DNA of 55,917 bases, the filler included, from Basidioascus undulatus (taxonomy: Eukaryota), in assembly GCA_000826855.1 (NCBI GenBank). It is 5 parts of 5 records of this genome, joined end to end, with 100 filler letters (N's around TTAATTAATTAA, not from the genome) between each part and the next. Parts side by side here need not be neighbours in the genome. Positions count along the whole stretch, not along the records: positions 33,600 to 44,710 come from JTLS01001045.1; positions 44,811 to 55,917 come from JTLS01001046.1; 3 more parts are not named here. The stretch is one strand, 5' to 3'. Position 1 is the first letter of the stretch; the number at the start of each line of letters is the position of its first letter. A model generated the notes under the pieces. That model did no database searches and was not told where the DNA came from. It saw only the letters and a list, made by a program, of their open reading frames with translations. This document shows positions 37,920-49,922 of this stretch, in pieces. The translations under genes were made by a program, and so were the position numbers.

Positions 37920-38917
37920 AAGCGTTCGCATATGTGATTTCGTGGATGGGTGTGCTCCGGATTCTTATTTTCTTCGTTGGCGTGTCAAGAGAAGAGCTAC
38001 GAAAAGGCATATGGCCTGGATGAAATGGAAGCGAACTTCAATGTAACGCTAGCTCAGAAGCACGTTGCAAGGCCCGTGTCCAGTGGATTGTCGCTGTGCG
38101 GATCATAGTTTTGTCATTGAGATGCTGTGAAGTCCCGTCCCGATACATGTACTTGTACGTAGACGTCCTTCTGCAGTCCCGCTCCGCGCAGTGCGGAAGG
38201 GCGTACGCTCAGAGAGGTCTTAGAAAAGGATGAAGTTTCCAAGCTACAGTGCGCCACAGCGTTTGTTTGACCGCCTCTGCTGTTCTTCCGCCCCATCGCG
38301 TAACTTAATATCCTGTCGTCCCTGGAAAGTCATCGGCGGTCCACTCTTCCCGTTCCATCCCACAGCCCTCTATCGTCCGCTGTCCGACCGTGACGCTGCG
38401 TCATATTCCCGCTCTCGTGTGCAGGATGTATGCTTAATTTCCTCGGCTCCCAGCTCCAGACCTTCTGTGCTTTGTGAACTCAGCATAGAGACTTGCGCTA
38501 GCATCCAGCAATATGAATGTATCCTTGCAAGCTTTATGTGACTGCGAGCATGATGAGTGAGTGTGATGGCGCCAGAAAGGCGTGCTTTGGTCACGTGCAC
38601 GACCGCGAGAGGGGATGCGAGAGCCGCGTCCGCGTCCCTCTCGACCCCTCCTGACGGTTCACACCCCTCAATCCTATACCATCACCTTGCCCATCGCAGA
38701 GCGCACCGCCGCAGCTCAGTCGTGCTTTCCATCCCCGCCTGATCGACTCCTAGGCAGCCGCCCACCGCGCCCGTCGTCGGCTCCGGCGACTCCTCGGCTT
38801 ATCAATCAGCCTCGTCTCTTATCGCCACCACTCCCACCCCCATCGCCTGCAATCGACCCGTAACGACTCTGTCCAAACTGGCGCGGACACTAAGACACGA
38901 CTTTTCAACGATACGCT

Positions 38918-41900
38918 ATGCCTGATCGAGAGCGGGAGGGAGAACGGGCCGGCGGGGGCGTGGGCGAGCGCGTCGGGCCCTGGGTCATCGGCAAGGAGAT
39001 CGGCAGGGGCAGCTTCGCGACCGTTTACCGCGGGTGGAAGTATGGGGAGGTGAGTCTTTGCCGCTTGGATTGGCCGGAAATGCTACACGATCGTCAACGT
39101 ACACACCGAGCTTCCTTCGAAGCGATGGTCCGCTGCTCACGCGCTGCGCCGTTTGCACCCGTTTGTCTCGCCGAGATGCTGACATCCCTCTCCACATTTG
39201 CGCCCTCGCATTCAGTCACCCGACCGCACACCGTGCGCGATCAAGTCCGTCCTTCGATCCAAGCTCACGTCCAAGCTCCTGGAGAATCTCGAAGGCGAGA
39301 TCTCGATCCTCAAGGGCATCACGCACCCAAACATCGTCGGCCTCCTCGACTGCGTCGTACGCCTATATGGCACCTCTCTTTACCTGTCTTCATTCAACTC
39401 AACTACTTCATTTATCAGAAAACATCGACGCATATCCACCTGATAACCTCGTTTTGCTCTGGTGGCGACCTTTCGCTCTACATCAAGAAGCGCGGACAGA
39501 TCCCGACGCTCGAGTACTGGCCCAGCGGCCGACCCGGCGACGGCAAGCCCGCGTTCTGGCACCACCGTGAGCATGGCGGGCTGGATGAGACTGTCGTGCG
39601 ATGGTTTGCTGGTCAACTCGGTGAGTCTCTGGCCATCCGAAGACGTGCAGCGATGGCATGACAATGACACGGACGGCATCAGCACAAGCGCTCTTCTTCC
39701 TCCGGTCGCAGAATCTCATCCACCGCGACATCAAGCCGCAGAATCTCCTCCTTCAACCTCCTGACGCGGCTGCGATTGCCGCGGGTCATCCGCCTGGCGT
39801 CCCGCTCCTCCGCGTCGCCGACTTCGGCTTCGCGCGCAGCTTGCCTGCCGCTGCCATGGCAGAGACTCTGTGCGGCTCGCCGTAAGTACAATTCCTGTGC
39901 GCAGCATTCTGCACGGTACACTGACAAAATCTATCGCAGGCTTTACATGGCGCCCGAGATCCTCCGATACGAGAAGTACGACGCGAAGGCCGATCTCTGG
40001 TCGGTCGGGGCGGTCTTGTACGAGATGGCAGCTGGCAAGCCGCCGTTCCGAGCCCAGAACCACGTCGAGCTGCTGCGCAAGATCGAACGTGGCGAGGACC
40101 GAATCAAGTTCCCGGCGCCGACGGAGGAGGTGCACGAGGTACCCCGCGACCTCAAGGAGGTCATCCGCGCGCTGCTCAAGCGCAACCCGCTCGAGCGCAT
40201 GAGCTTCGACGAGTTCTTTGCGTGGCCCGGGTTCAAGGGATTCGATCGCGCGCGCGAATCCAAGGATCTGCCTCCGCCGACGCTCGTCTCGCCCCTGCCC
40301 GCCGCCGCACCCGCCGCTCCAGAGCTGTCGCCGGGCACGGAGCTCCCCCCGCCTTCCGCGCACCGTCCGGCGCCTGCGGTGCCCAAACCGCCGCCTACTC
40401 CGGCTCGCCGTCCGTCTACATTCACGCCGAAGTACGTCGTCGGCAATGCTCCGCGCACGACGACTGGCGTCGGCGAGCCCGCGAGGCGCACTGAGCCTGA
40501 ACCTGCGCCGTCTAGCGCTACGGGCGAAGTCGGTCCGCGTACCATCCGCAGACCTTCGACAATGGCGCACGTTGGCGTTCCGGACTTGGCACGCGACTCG
40601 AGGTACATGCAGTCGTCTCTTTCGCAGTTGTTCGATAACGCTAACCGAGCGCACACCCTCAGCGTCGACAGCGTCCCCTCTCCCGGGCAACCCATCACGC
40701 CTCGCTCGCTCAAGTCCCACCTGGCCTTCGGGAAGCCCGACGCGCCTGTCCCTCAGCCGCAGTACGAGCCCGACCGCTACGTTGGCGGGAACACAGAGTC
40801 GCGCATGTCGGCCTTCGCCCTCCCGGCGGACGAGGACTCGCTTGTCGGCCGAGAATACGTTGTCGTCGAGAAGCGTGCGGTCGAGATCAACAACCTCGCG
40901 GACGGTAAGTCTGACTGCAGTTGTGCGACCTACATCGAACATATGCCTGATCGTCTTTCTCACTAGATATGGCTGCCGCTCGTCGTCGACCATCCGTAAT
41001 CGGCCGGCAATCCTCGCGCGGCACATTCCCCGGCCAACCCTCCTCACCCGTCGTCAATCGTCGCGCGTCCGACATCTCCGGCTTGCCGACGACCGGCGCG
41101 AGCGGCAGCGCGTCCCGCCCTATCCCTTCCTCTCCCTACGCCCTGTCTTCCACCCCTCCGTTCGCCGTCCTGACCAGCTCGTCCGGCTCGCCGCGACGCG
41201 CGCCCTGCGCGCTGGCTACAAGCACGGGCGGCGGTCGCAACAGCCCGAGCCCGAGCGCCCTGCCCGTAGCGCGAACCAGTCTTCCTCAGACGCCACAGTT
41301 CTACACTGCAGGCGGGACCTACCATCAAGTCGCGCAGGAGGCGCGCGCGTACTCGGGCTCGCCGTCCACCACCGGCGGACCGGGCAGCGCGCTCGCGAGG
41401 GCCATCAGCATGGCGAGCCTCAGGCTGTTCGGAAACTCTACCCCTGCTGGCGTCGCTGCGCTTGCTCGGAGTGGCCGCCGCAAGGCGCTCATCCGGACGA
41501 GCGAAGCAGACCCCTTGGAGGTAAGCCCTTCGTTCAGCGATTTTGCTTAATGGCAGGCATGTTCTGACGCTAGTCCTCGGTACAGGACGATCTGCTTCAC
41601 CAGCTGGAAGAGCTGGCGCAGAAGGCCTTTGTCGTCTTCGATTTCGCCGACTCGAAGCTGTACCAGACCTTCCCTCAGCCGTCGCCTGCATCGTCCACCA
41701 CCACCGTGCCTCCGGGCGTCCCCCCTTTCTTCCTGGCGTACTACCTCCAGCAGCAGCAGCAGCAGCAGGGCAGCAACAGCCAATACGCGAACTTCACCTC
41801 GTCGCGCCGCCGGTCGACGTCGTCCATGTCGGCCGAGATGCCTGCTGCCGGGCACGGCGAGCCAGATGTCGAAACGCTCGCCGCGCAGGCCATCATGCTG

Positions 41901-42631
41901 TACATCCGCGCATCAACATTCCTGAGCAAGGGTGGCGAGCGCGTTGCGGCATTCATTGCCGAGCGCGCGGCGAGGACTTCTCAGCCGAGGGAAGCGAGCG
42001 ACGGACTGAACGATGGTGCGTTCGCTTCTTCATTTCGCCCTTCCGCCGCGCCGTCTAACTTCGGGGTTGCACAGCTGTACAATGGTTCCGCGCGCGCTAC
42101 AACGACTGCTTCGACAAGGCCGAGTTTGCCAAGTCGCGCTGCGGCGACGAGATCCCGGACTCGGCGGGTGTCACCAACAAGCTCTTGTTTGACCGGGCGA
42201 TGGAGATCGTGCGTGTCCTCCACTCCTCCTTTCACGTTCACCGCATCGTGACTTGACTTGTCTACGACTCGACTCGCAGGCCCGCGCGTCCGCGATCGAC
42301 GAGCTGACGAACGAAGACTCGGCCCGCTGCGAGGCCGCTTACGAGACCGCGCTGTGGATCCTCAATGGCCTGCTCGACGAGACGGCGGCAGCCGTGGCGG
42401 CGGCGTTCGAGGCTGGCGTTCCTCAAGGTCTGGATGAGGATGTTCACGCGGACCACGAGACGTTTGCGCAGTGTGCGTTTGAGTATTCAGCCCTTCCTTT
42501 CGCCTCGCTGTGCGCTGATACACCAGTTCGTCTGCCTTGTAGACGCAATATCCATCAAGTCCCGCCTCGAAGCGCTTCGGCGCAAGATGGCGTTGCGCAG
42601 TCCAGCTGCGAGCGCCGGCGCGGTCGCCTGA
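38918..42631 (+). CDS. ATG1: Autophagy Ser/Thr kinase Atg1/ULK
   Basis: [108 protein letters not shown], and a C-terminal MIT-like region ([30 protein letters not shown]). Confidence 0.96.
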
Positions 42632-42812
42632 GCCAGCGCACCCTCCCTCGTCCCTCGTCTGTCTGTTATCTCTCTCTTCCTCTCTGTCTCCATGTCCGCA
42701 CATGCTCCTCGTCATCCACCACCCCCACACCCCGCACACCACATCAAGATTTGTCCCGACCACACGACCGGAATCAGCTTATGACACTTCTTCTTTTCGC
42801 TCTCTCCTCACT

Positions 42813-42816
<4 letters not shown>

Positions 42817-42843
<27 letters not shown>
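42817..42843 (+). repeat. (CA)13 microsatellite 3' of ATG1
   Basis: Perfect CA dinucleotide run. Confidence 0.95.
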
Positions 42844-43494
42844 GCCGATTCACGTCTCACGTCGTATCTCACACATCTCACAGTGCTCGCATGTCCTGCT
42901 CGCTACTCTACGCTGTTGTACCACTACTACCACTTCGGTCTTCTCTCTCTCTTCGCATGCACTATCGCTATCTCACTTGTTTCGTCCCTTTCGCGCCGCA
43001 CATCCCCTTTTTACGAGTGTACCCCCCCGCCTTCCCCGCTCAAGGAGCCCCCCTCTTGCCCTCGATCGATCCCCCACTCAGATCCCCGCTCTAGCATTCC
43101 TTAGTCCCGCGCGCCCGCGACCGTTGTGCTCTCCTGCCGTGTATTTGTATCCTATCCTCGTTTGTCTCTTTTTCGGGATTTGATTCTGTTCTAGACTGTA
43201 TGAGTTGCTTCCGGGCCTCAAGAGTTCGGGCGCTCTCATGCTTAACGTGAACAGATGCACGTGGCTGCTCAACGACATTGCTTCGGAATGCTTCGAAGAA
43301 CTCCTTCGACTAATGGTCATCGGGTGCCACTGTAAGAGGTTTCATCGTCTAATCTCAATTCAGTAGCGCGAGGGAGAACGGCGTCTTGCGGCGTGGACTA
43401 CCAAGAATGCTGAATGCAGTACTCCTGCGTTTCCGAGTATCTGTACTCGTTTTTCCGCTCCATTAGAAACATCAAACAGTTGATCCAGCTGTGC

Positions 43495-44710
43495 TCATCG
43501 CGGACGGTATTCATGCTTAGGACGCTCGACCGACTCTTCCGCCTGCGACTGCTGTCGCCTCGGGATTGACTGAGTGTCCGGCAGGGTGTCGGCGAGCGAC
43601 ACGTCCGCAGCGAGCAATGCGTTCAAAGGCTGGCCACACGCGCACTGAAACGAAAAGGCGGCACATGAGAAATTTGGGAAGGAACCAAGGCCGAGACAAT
43701 GGACACTCACCTGGGCGTGTGAACGCGGGCGGGGAAGAGAGAACACCGGCGTCAAGCCGGAGCGTGGATCGTCCGAAGAGTAAAGCGGGAGAACCGCGCT
43801 CGGAATGGCGTTCATGCACTAACGGGCGGAAATCAGAGATTGTTGGAACGCAAATATCCAGGAAACTCACCGAAAGGAGACTGAGTGGACATCTCGCCAC
43901 CATTACCTGCTTTTTGGCCCGCGCTGACGACACTCGTTGAGTGTACAGGAGGCGGACCTCGAGCTCGTGCGCCATTCGGATCGCATCGTCGCTTTCAGGC
44001 TGCGAAGACGGCCTTGCATGCACCAGAAGTTCAGCCTTGTGCTCCAGTCGCTAGAAGAGCTCATCTCACCTAGCGTGGTCGTCGTCTGGGATTCGTAGGA
44101 TCCACTCCCGATCCCATCCGGCGTCGTCTTCAGCACGCCTGAGATCCTGCCCGCCAGCGGACATGCCGCTTTGCGAAATCGGAATCCGCTCCGCAGGTAT
44201 GTCTTCGACATAGCCTGGTTTGGACCGGGAACGTAGAGACGGCTTCTGCAGGAGCGTCACATCGACGGAATGGAGAATGAGGGTGGGCGAGGGCGAGGGG
44301 AACTTGATCGATAGACGAAGCAGGCCGCCGACTGTCAGATGCGGGGTGCGAGCGGAGATGGTGATAAGCTGCTCGTCTCAACATACGTCAGTGAGTGCTC
44401 ATAAAAAGGGTAACATGGACAAGGCGTACACCGAATCCGTCGGCGTGCTGGTGGTGCTCGAACGAGAATGGGGCGGTCAGACTGGGCGAACAGCAGACCA
44501 CGAATGGCATATCCTGCCGGACGGTCACTGTTAGCTCCACAACGATGAGTAGTATCTGGGTGTACCGACATTGACCGCCCGCACGGACCCAGCAAGCCAG
44601 CTTTCGAATGTCGCAACTGATTCGACCTGATGCAGTACGGACCCGTAGGTGCATCGTTGATGCGTCGCAGTGTCGCGTGGAATACGGAACAAGAACTCGA
44701 AACTGCGTAT
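43495..44710 (-). CDS. Hypothetical protein, 5'-truncated, possibly an arrestin-like C-terminal region
   Basis: Spliced coding-like exons ILHSVDVTLLQK...WILRIPDDDHAR-PSSQPESDDAIRMAHELEVRLLY...AVLPLYS (LPxY)...CACGQPL. Family assignment is tentative. Confidence 0.45.
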
Positions 44711-44810
44711 NNNNNNNNNNNNNNNNNNNNNNNNNNNNNNNNNNNNNNNNNNNNTTAATTAATTAANNNNNNNNNNNNNNNNNNNNNNNNNNNNNNNNNN
44801 NNNNNNNNNN
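44711..44810. other. Artificial contig linker
   Basis: N44-TTAATTAATTAA-N44. Confidence 0.98.
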
Positions 44811-44812
44811 CC

Positions 44813-45268
44813 TTCGTTCGCCACACCCTCCGCACCAAGTCCACCCTCCCCTCCCGCCCGACTCACACCCTCCGCGTCAAGGGCACCCAATACACATTCC
44901 AAATCGACGCACTCCGCTACGCCCCCGCCTGCGCATACCTCCCAGTCCTCCCGCGCTCGTCCGCTTCCTCCGAAGAGCTCCCCGTCGTCGAGCTCTCCCT
45001 CCCCAACACCAACTCTTTCGCCCTCTTCGACCACCTCCTCCACCACCACCAGATCACCTGGCGCGCGCCGCCCGCGGGCCAGTCCGCCACCGCCGGCTGG
45101 GTCTGCCGCGTCGGTGCGCTCCACGGCGTGTGGGCCATCGTGGTCACCCTCGGCCTGGCGGACGAGCACGTCTGGGATCGTCTGGAGAGCATGTGGGACG
45201 AGACGGTGCGCGGGCTGGAGCGTGCTGCGGCCGAGGACTGGGAGCGCAGGAAGGGGGAGCAGCTGTAG
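44813..45268 (+). CDS. Clampless1 (Clp1)-like protein, 5'-truncated
   Basis: Open frame absent from the ORF track: LPSRPTHTLRV..FQIDALRYAPACAYLPVLP..LPVVELSLPNTNSFALFDHLLH..LHGVWAIVVTLGLADEHVWDRLESMWDETVRGL*. Resembles the Clp1 pattern PTH..C..LP..LPV..L..P..F..W..LG..D..W..W. Confidence 0.65.
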   Translation, partial: FVRHTLRTKSTLPSRPTHTLRVKGTQYTFQIDALRYAPACAYLPVLPRSSASSEELPVVELSLPNTNSFALFDHLLHHHQITWRAPPAGQSATAGWVCRVGALHGVWAIVVTLGLADEHVWDRLESMWDETVRGLERAAAEDWERRKGEQL

Positions 45269-46599
45269 AGGGTTGGAAGGGTCTGGTTTCTGTTGATGTT
45301 TCCCCACCACTATAATGCTTGTACTCTCGTCGTTGTTTCTACGCGCATAGCATCGCAAAGCATCGCATCGCACATTGCTTCTCGTCATTGCTTCTCGTCG
45401 CACCTCGTCGTCTGGCTTGGAGCATATGCAATCAGAGTCGTCTGAATAAATTCATGCTTAATGCTTGGCGTCTCATTGAAGCAGTGGACGGCGGGACGCC
45501 GGCAGGACAAGTCGTCGGAACGACAGTTTAAAAGCTCAAACTTACACAGCAAAATGTTTTTTGTGCCTCATCTGTACCAATTGGTCATGGTCGTTGGCCT
45601 GAGTACATTCTCAACACGGTGAGCGAACAGGACGAGGAAACATCCAGAGGAAATGCTCGGGTGCCGGTGGGTTTGAGTCCGTACAGACATTCCTGTCTTA
45701 AGCTTCCATGCATAATGGGGATAATAAAGCACTGAGCACTGGGCCTTGCAGCGCTCGCACCGAGGCGGGCTGCGCATTGCCGTTGCTCTCGATCTGCTTC
45801 TCGTCTAAGGATACAACAAGACGAGGGACAGTCAAATAAATCAATTTTTTCTTTTCTTTCTTCTTGAGGATGAGTATGTTAATTCTTCTGTGGATATCTG
45901 GTAGTAGCCCCCCTGAGGAAAGCGCAGTGGCTGGTGACCTCCCGTAGGTCCGTTGACTCGCTCTTGTGCATGTAATCTGCACTGAGACAAAGAAGAGAAG
46001 CTATCTGCCTGTGGAAGTCTTGCAGCAGTATCATCCGCTGTCCCCCAGACTGTCCCCCGGCAGTAGATACCGTCGCAACACGCATCGCACGTTACTGATG
46101 CAGATTCCGTCCCATCCGCTCATGGCAGCTGTGCAAGGCATCCTTGTAACTCGCGGGTACATTATTGTTTGTGATAATTCACAAACAAATAATCGGCTCG
46201 CGCTGGTAATGGTCACGGATAAGAACCTTTTCAGCTCTTCCCACACGAACACTGGATTGTACTGCAGAAAAAGCACACACGAAAGCCGGGCACGACAGAC
46301 GCCAAGTACCCTTGGGTCCACTTTCAATGTATGTGGTATTCTTAATCCACACCTCACAGTCCATCACACACAACAGCAAGAGGCAGAACTTCAGAAAGTA
46401 ACAGGCGTTCATTCGTCCTGCCCCCCTCGCCGTCCTGTCCCATCGACATCAAGACAGAGTAGTCTTCAAGATTAATAGCTTTATCTTCCAAAAAATCTTT
46501 GAGAATCTGCCGTTGGCCCCCTTTCCATGTGATATTCCCTTATGGAGACAACGTGTAAGACCGAGTGTTCCCTGGAAGTTCGGGAAGTGTGGTCAACAA

Positions 46600-47630
46600 C
46601 GAGGCAAGAGTGAACACGCCAATGAGCCGGCAATATAGCAGGTACAGTGAAACTGCTTACAAGTGCCTTTCACTCTGAAGATATCATCCGGGCGTGCGAA
46701 CTCCGCCGGATCCCAGCCGTGCCTCTTGAAAGGTCCAAGAAGGACGGTCTCCGGCTTGATAAGCCAACCGCCCTTGTCGACGTAGTACATCATAGGCTCT
46801 GGTAGAGCACCGCCGGGGCTCACCTCCGTCAGGAAGTGCTTGCACGAAATGTGCCGCTCAAGGAGGAACCGCTGCAGCACCCCGGCATGGTTCCCCTTTC
46901 AGTACGACCGCGTGGTCTTTGTCCTGAGTGGAGACTAACGAATCAAAGGAGAAGACCGATGCGAGCAACTTGTACACAGCTGCAAAATAAAGCGAAAGGG
47001 TGCACTCACCCGTCGCCTTGACACCGCACGCATGGGAGATATCCTTCGCGAGAGCGTAAGGATCGAGCATCAGCCTCCCAAATGCGCGTCTTCGGGTTTC
47101 GACCGTACACGCGCCTCGCCCGGACCGAGATGTATAGAGGCGGCCCCGGGTGTGTCTGGTAGTCATTGCCGCTGGCCATCTCGACGATGGCCCAGCGCCG
47201 GGGGTACTCCGGAGTGACGACCATACGGAGATGGTCACGGAATAGGTCGGTTCGGAAGCCCTTTGCGCTCATCTGCTGCTATTCAGGCAGTGCATCCGGT
47301 GCGGAAGATACTGTGGAAAATAACGGTTTGTGAGCTATGTGCGCGGCGTGAAAAAGAGTGACTGGGGGGCAGGCAGGTGGCGGACAGACCCCAAGCTCGG
47401 TAGTACGTCTTTGTCTTGCGTTGCCCTGCCCGCAGCAACTTGACTGCGTCTTTCGGTGTTCTCCCATATTCGATGAACGGCCCACGAGCGTGCATCGTAG
47501 GGTCGCGGCCGTCCTCGTGCTCCTCGAGCGAGACGAGGATGAGACGTGGCGACTGCGACGGCTGCGAGTCATCGGGGATGGACGTGGCGGAGGACGAAGC
47601 GGTCGCGCCGGAAGAGAAGGTGTATGGATG
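46600..47630 (-). pseudogene. Spliced coding-like exons of unknown family downstream of the kinase, with an in-frame stop
   Basis: Exons PRLILVSLEEHEDGRDP...KTYYRAW / SSAPDALPE*QQMSAKGFRTDLFRDHLRMVV...CVRCQGD / LQRFLLERHISCKHF...YYVDKGGWLIKPE, separated by GT-AG intron candidates. TAG at 47279-47281. Boundaries approximate. Confidence 0.5.
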
Positions 47631-47849
47631 AGGAACTGTGGTGTGTGGAGCAGGAGTCACCGCCGCCAAGAAAGCCAGAAGGTGAAATGTGAGTCTGTAC
47701 CGGATGAGCTGGCCGAGGTGGAGGGCGACGCGGAACAACCAGGTGGATCGGATAGATTCAACGCAGCTGGGAAGTGAGATTGAAACGGCAATTACTGAGG
47801 GTTTGGGGCAGATACAAAGGATAAACAAATAAACGGACACAATGCTCTG

Positions 47850-49922
47850 TCAAAGGCGGCGAGGGCCGTTCCCCAGTGGTGCGGTCGACGAGGGCAGCGG
47901 TGCGGGCTCGTCAGCTTGCGGCCACAGTTGGATGATATCAGGGAAGGTGGGGCGGCGTCCCGGATTGGCGTCCCAACAGCGAACAAGCAGAGCCCATAGC
48001 GCGTCTGAGAGGCCTCAGTCCAGGCCCTTCGCCGGCGACGGACGCTGCGGCCTTTTACCTCTCGATCGCGAGCGTGTAGACCATGCCAAATGGACCGTTT
48101 TCGGTGAAGATCTAGTTATCAGGAAGCTGAGCTTGCGTTACTGTGATTGTATGAGAAGCAATAGTCAGCTTACCTCGATGGCGGTCATGGCAAAAGAGGA
48201 GACATCTGTGGGCACTTCAAAGACCTCTATAGACTGCATCAGCTTCTGGCATGAAGTTTGTACATGGATTTACCGACGCCTTGCCAACGCTCCGGTGCCA
48301 TCCACGCTGGACTCCAGTTATCTTAGACAGCGCAGCCGACCACCGCGATGCATCGTGCTTCACCTTGGCGAGGCCGAAGTCGGCGACGCACGCCTGGCCT
48401 GAGTTATTGATGAGAACGTTCACCAGCATTCAAAAAGGGGAGTAAATTCGAGCGTCAGTCAGACACTAGAGGCTCGGATACGAGGGCAACAGCATAGCGC
48501 TTTGAGGTCGCCGTAGAGAATGCCGGCAAGGTAAATTAACTGCATGCCCAGTGCAGTCTCGCGAAGTTAGTTTGAAACAATCTTGAAGTTAGCGTAGGAA
48601 ACCCTTCAGAATGAAAGACGATAAAAAGGTAAACTGGGCGCACCATCTCAGGGCGGTCAGCCTGCGGATTGCGTTTGAAGAAGTCGAGCGCGCAGCCGTT
48701 CTTCATGTACTGGGACACGATGAAGGCAGGATTACCAAAGATGAACAGGTGAGCACCGCTCCACACGGTTCAAACCTTCAACGTACTTGGCATCCGGAGC
48801 GCTAGCTCCGTAAAGGAAATGGACGTGCGGTGCGGTACGCAGTGCTTGCCAGGCCTTGATTTCCTGCGCGGGAGCCTGGTGCAAAGAGTCAGTCGTAGGC
48901 GTGTACGATGATCAGGAACTCACACTCTCACCTCGGGCGAAGCGTCACGGACAAGGCGCTTCACGGCCACAGTCATTCCGTGCCAGCGCGCCTTGTAGAC
49001 TGCGCCAAAGCCGCCCAGACCGAGAGGGGCGTTCTCGTCGACAACGAGCTGGTCCGCAGCGATAAAGCAAGGCCGTTTCTCTTCCTCCTCCGGCGGCGGC
49101 GGAGGGTGGACAGGTACAGGTACGGTGCCGGAGTGCCGATGGAAGACCGCGACAAAGTGTCTGAGAAAATGTTTCTGCGGCTGGTTGAGGGAGGGCAGCC
49201 TCTGCTTGACCGGTGGCAAGTCAGTTCAGAAACGATACAAAAAGCTCGCACCCTCAGGATCTCCTTCACCAGTGCAAGCTGCTCCGCTTGGCCCGCACCG
49301 AACACGCCCAACGCGTCCATGAGCTGCGCATCCTTCTGCTCGAGCTTTGCAAAGTTGACCTGTGCGGCGTGCTCATCCTTCTGGCGGGCCGCCTCGTATG
49401 CGTCCTGCGCCTTTCGGATCTCGATCTCGTTCCCGATCTGCAGCAATGGCGCTGTAAGGTCAGTCTTTGCTTTATCAGTCGGGGGTGCAATCCCATTCGC
49501 CCACGTGGAAGATGGAGACAGTCTGTAAGCTGACGGTCTGCATTCGCGATGTTGACCTGGATCTCATCGGCTTTGAGAATCTTGACAAAAATGTTACATT
49601 GTCCCAGCTTTCACAGGGCTGAAAGGATGATGTTGACAGCAACTGATGAGCGAAGGGAGTCAGTATCGGTCATCAGAGTCGCAGACAATGTACATGTAGA
49701 CGCACCTCTCCAGATCCTCAACTCCCCTCCGGACGGCCGCGGTGACGCCAAGCCCATCCTCGTGTTGACTGCAATGAGGACGTCCTGTAGGAGATGTGAA
49801 CGGCGTCAGTCGTCTCGGGTCTAGTTTCTGCTAGGCGCGGGAATCAGACGTGCTTGCGCTTGGGAAGAGACGTGGTAAGCCTGGTGCTTGTTGACCGCGC
49901 TGCGAGGAAGGTGTCAAGCATG
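47850..49922 (-). pseudogene. Decayed TKL-type kinase with MLKL-like N-terminal helical domain
   Basis: Kinase motifs GLGGFGAVYKARW, VAVKRL, EIKAW, IVSQYMKNG, YGDLKA (HGDLK expected), VNVLI..ACVADFGL, TDVSSFAMTAIE and LWALLVRCWDANPGRRPTF. N-terminal VNKHQA..DVLIAV..VKILKADEIQVNIANADRQLTDCL. Stops at 49611 and 48015, plus frameshifts. Confidence 0.8.

Noticed and set aside
39731..41567. Long 438-aa and 449-aa ORFs overlapping ATG1
   Set aside because: Antisense and alternate-frame shadows of a GC-rich coding region. They are Arg/Ser-rich with no motifs.
45568..46475. ORFs with a CxxC motif between the Clp1-like gene and the kinase relic
   Set aside because: No coherent gene model or family motif.
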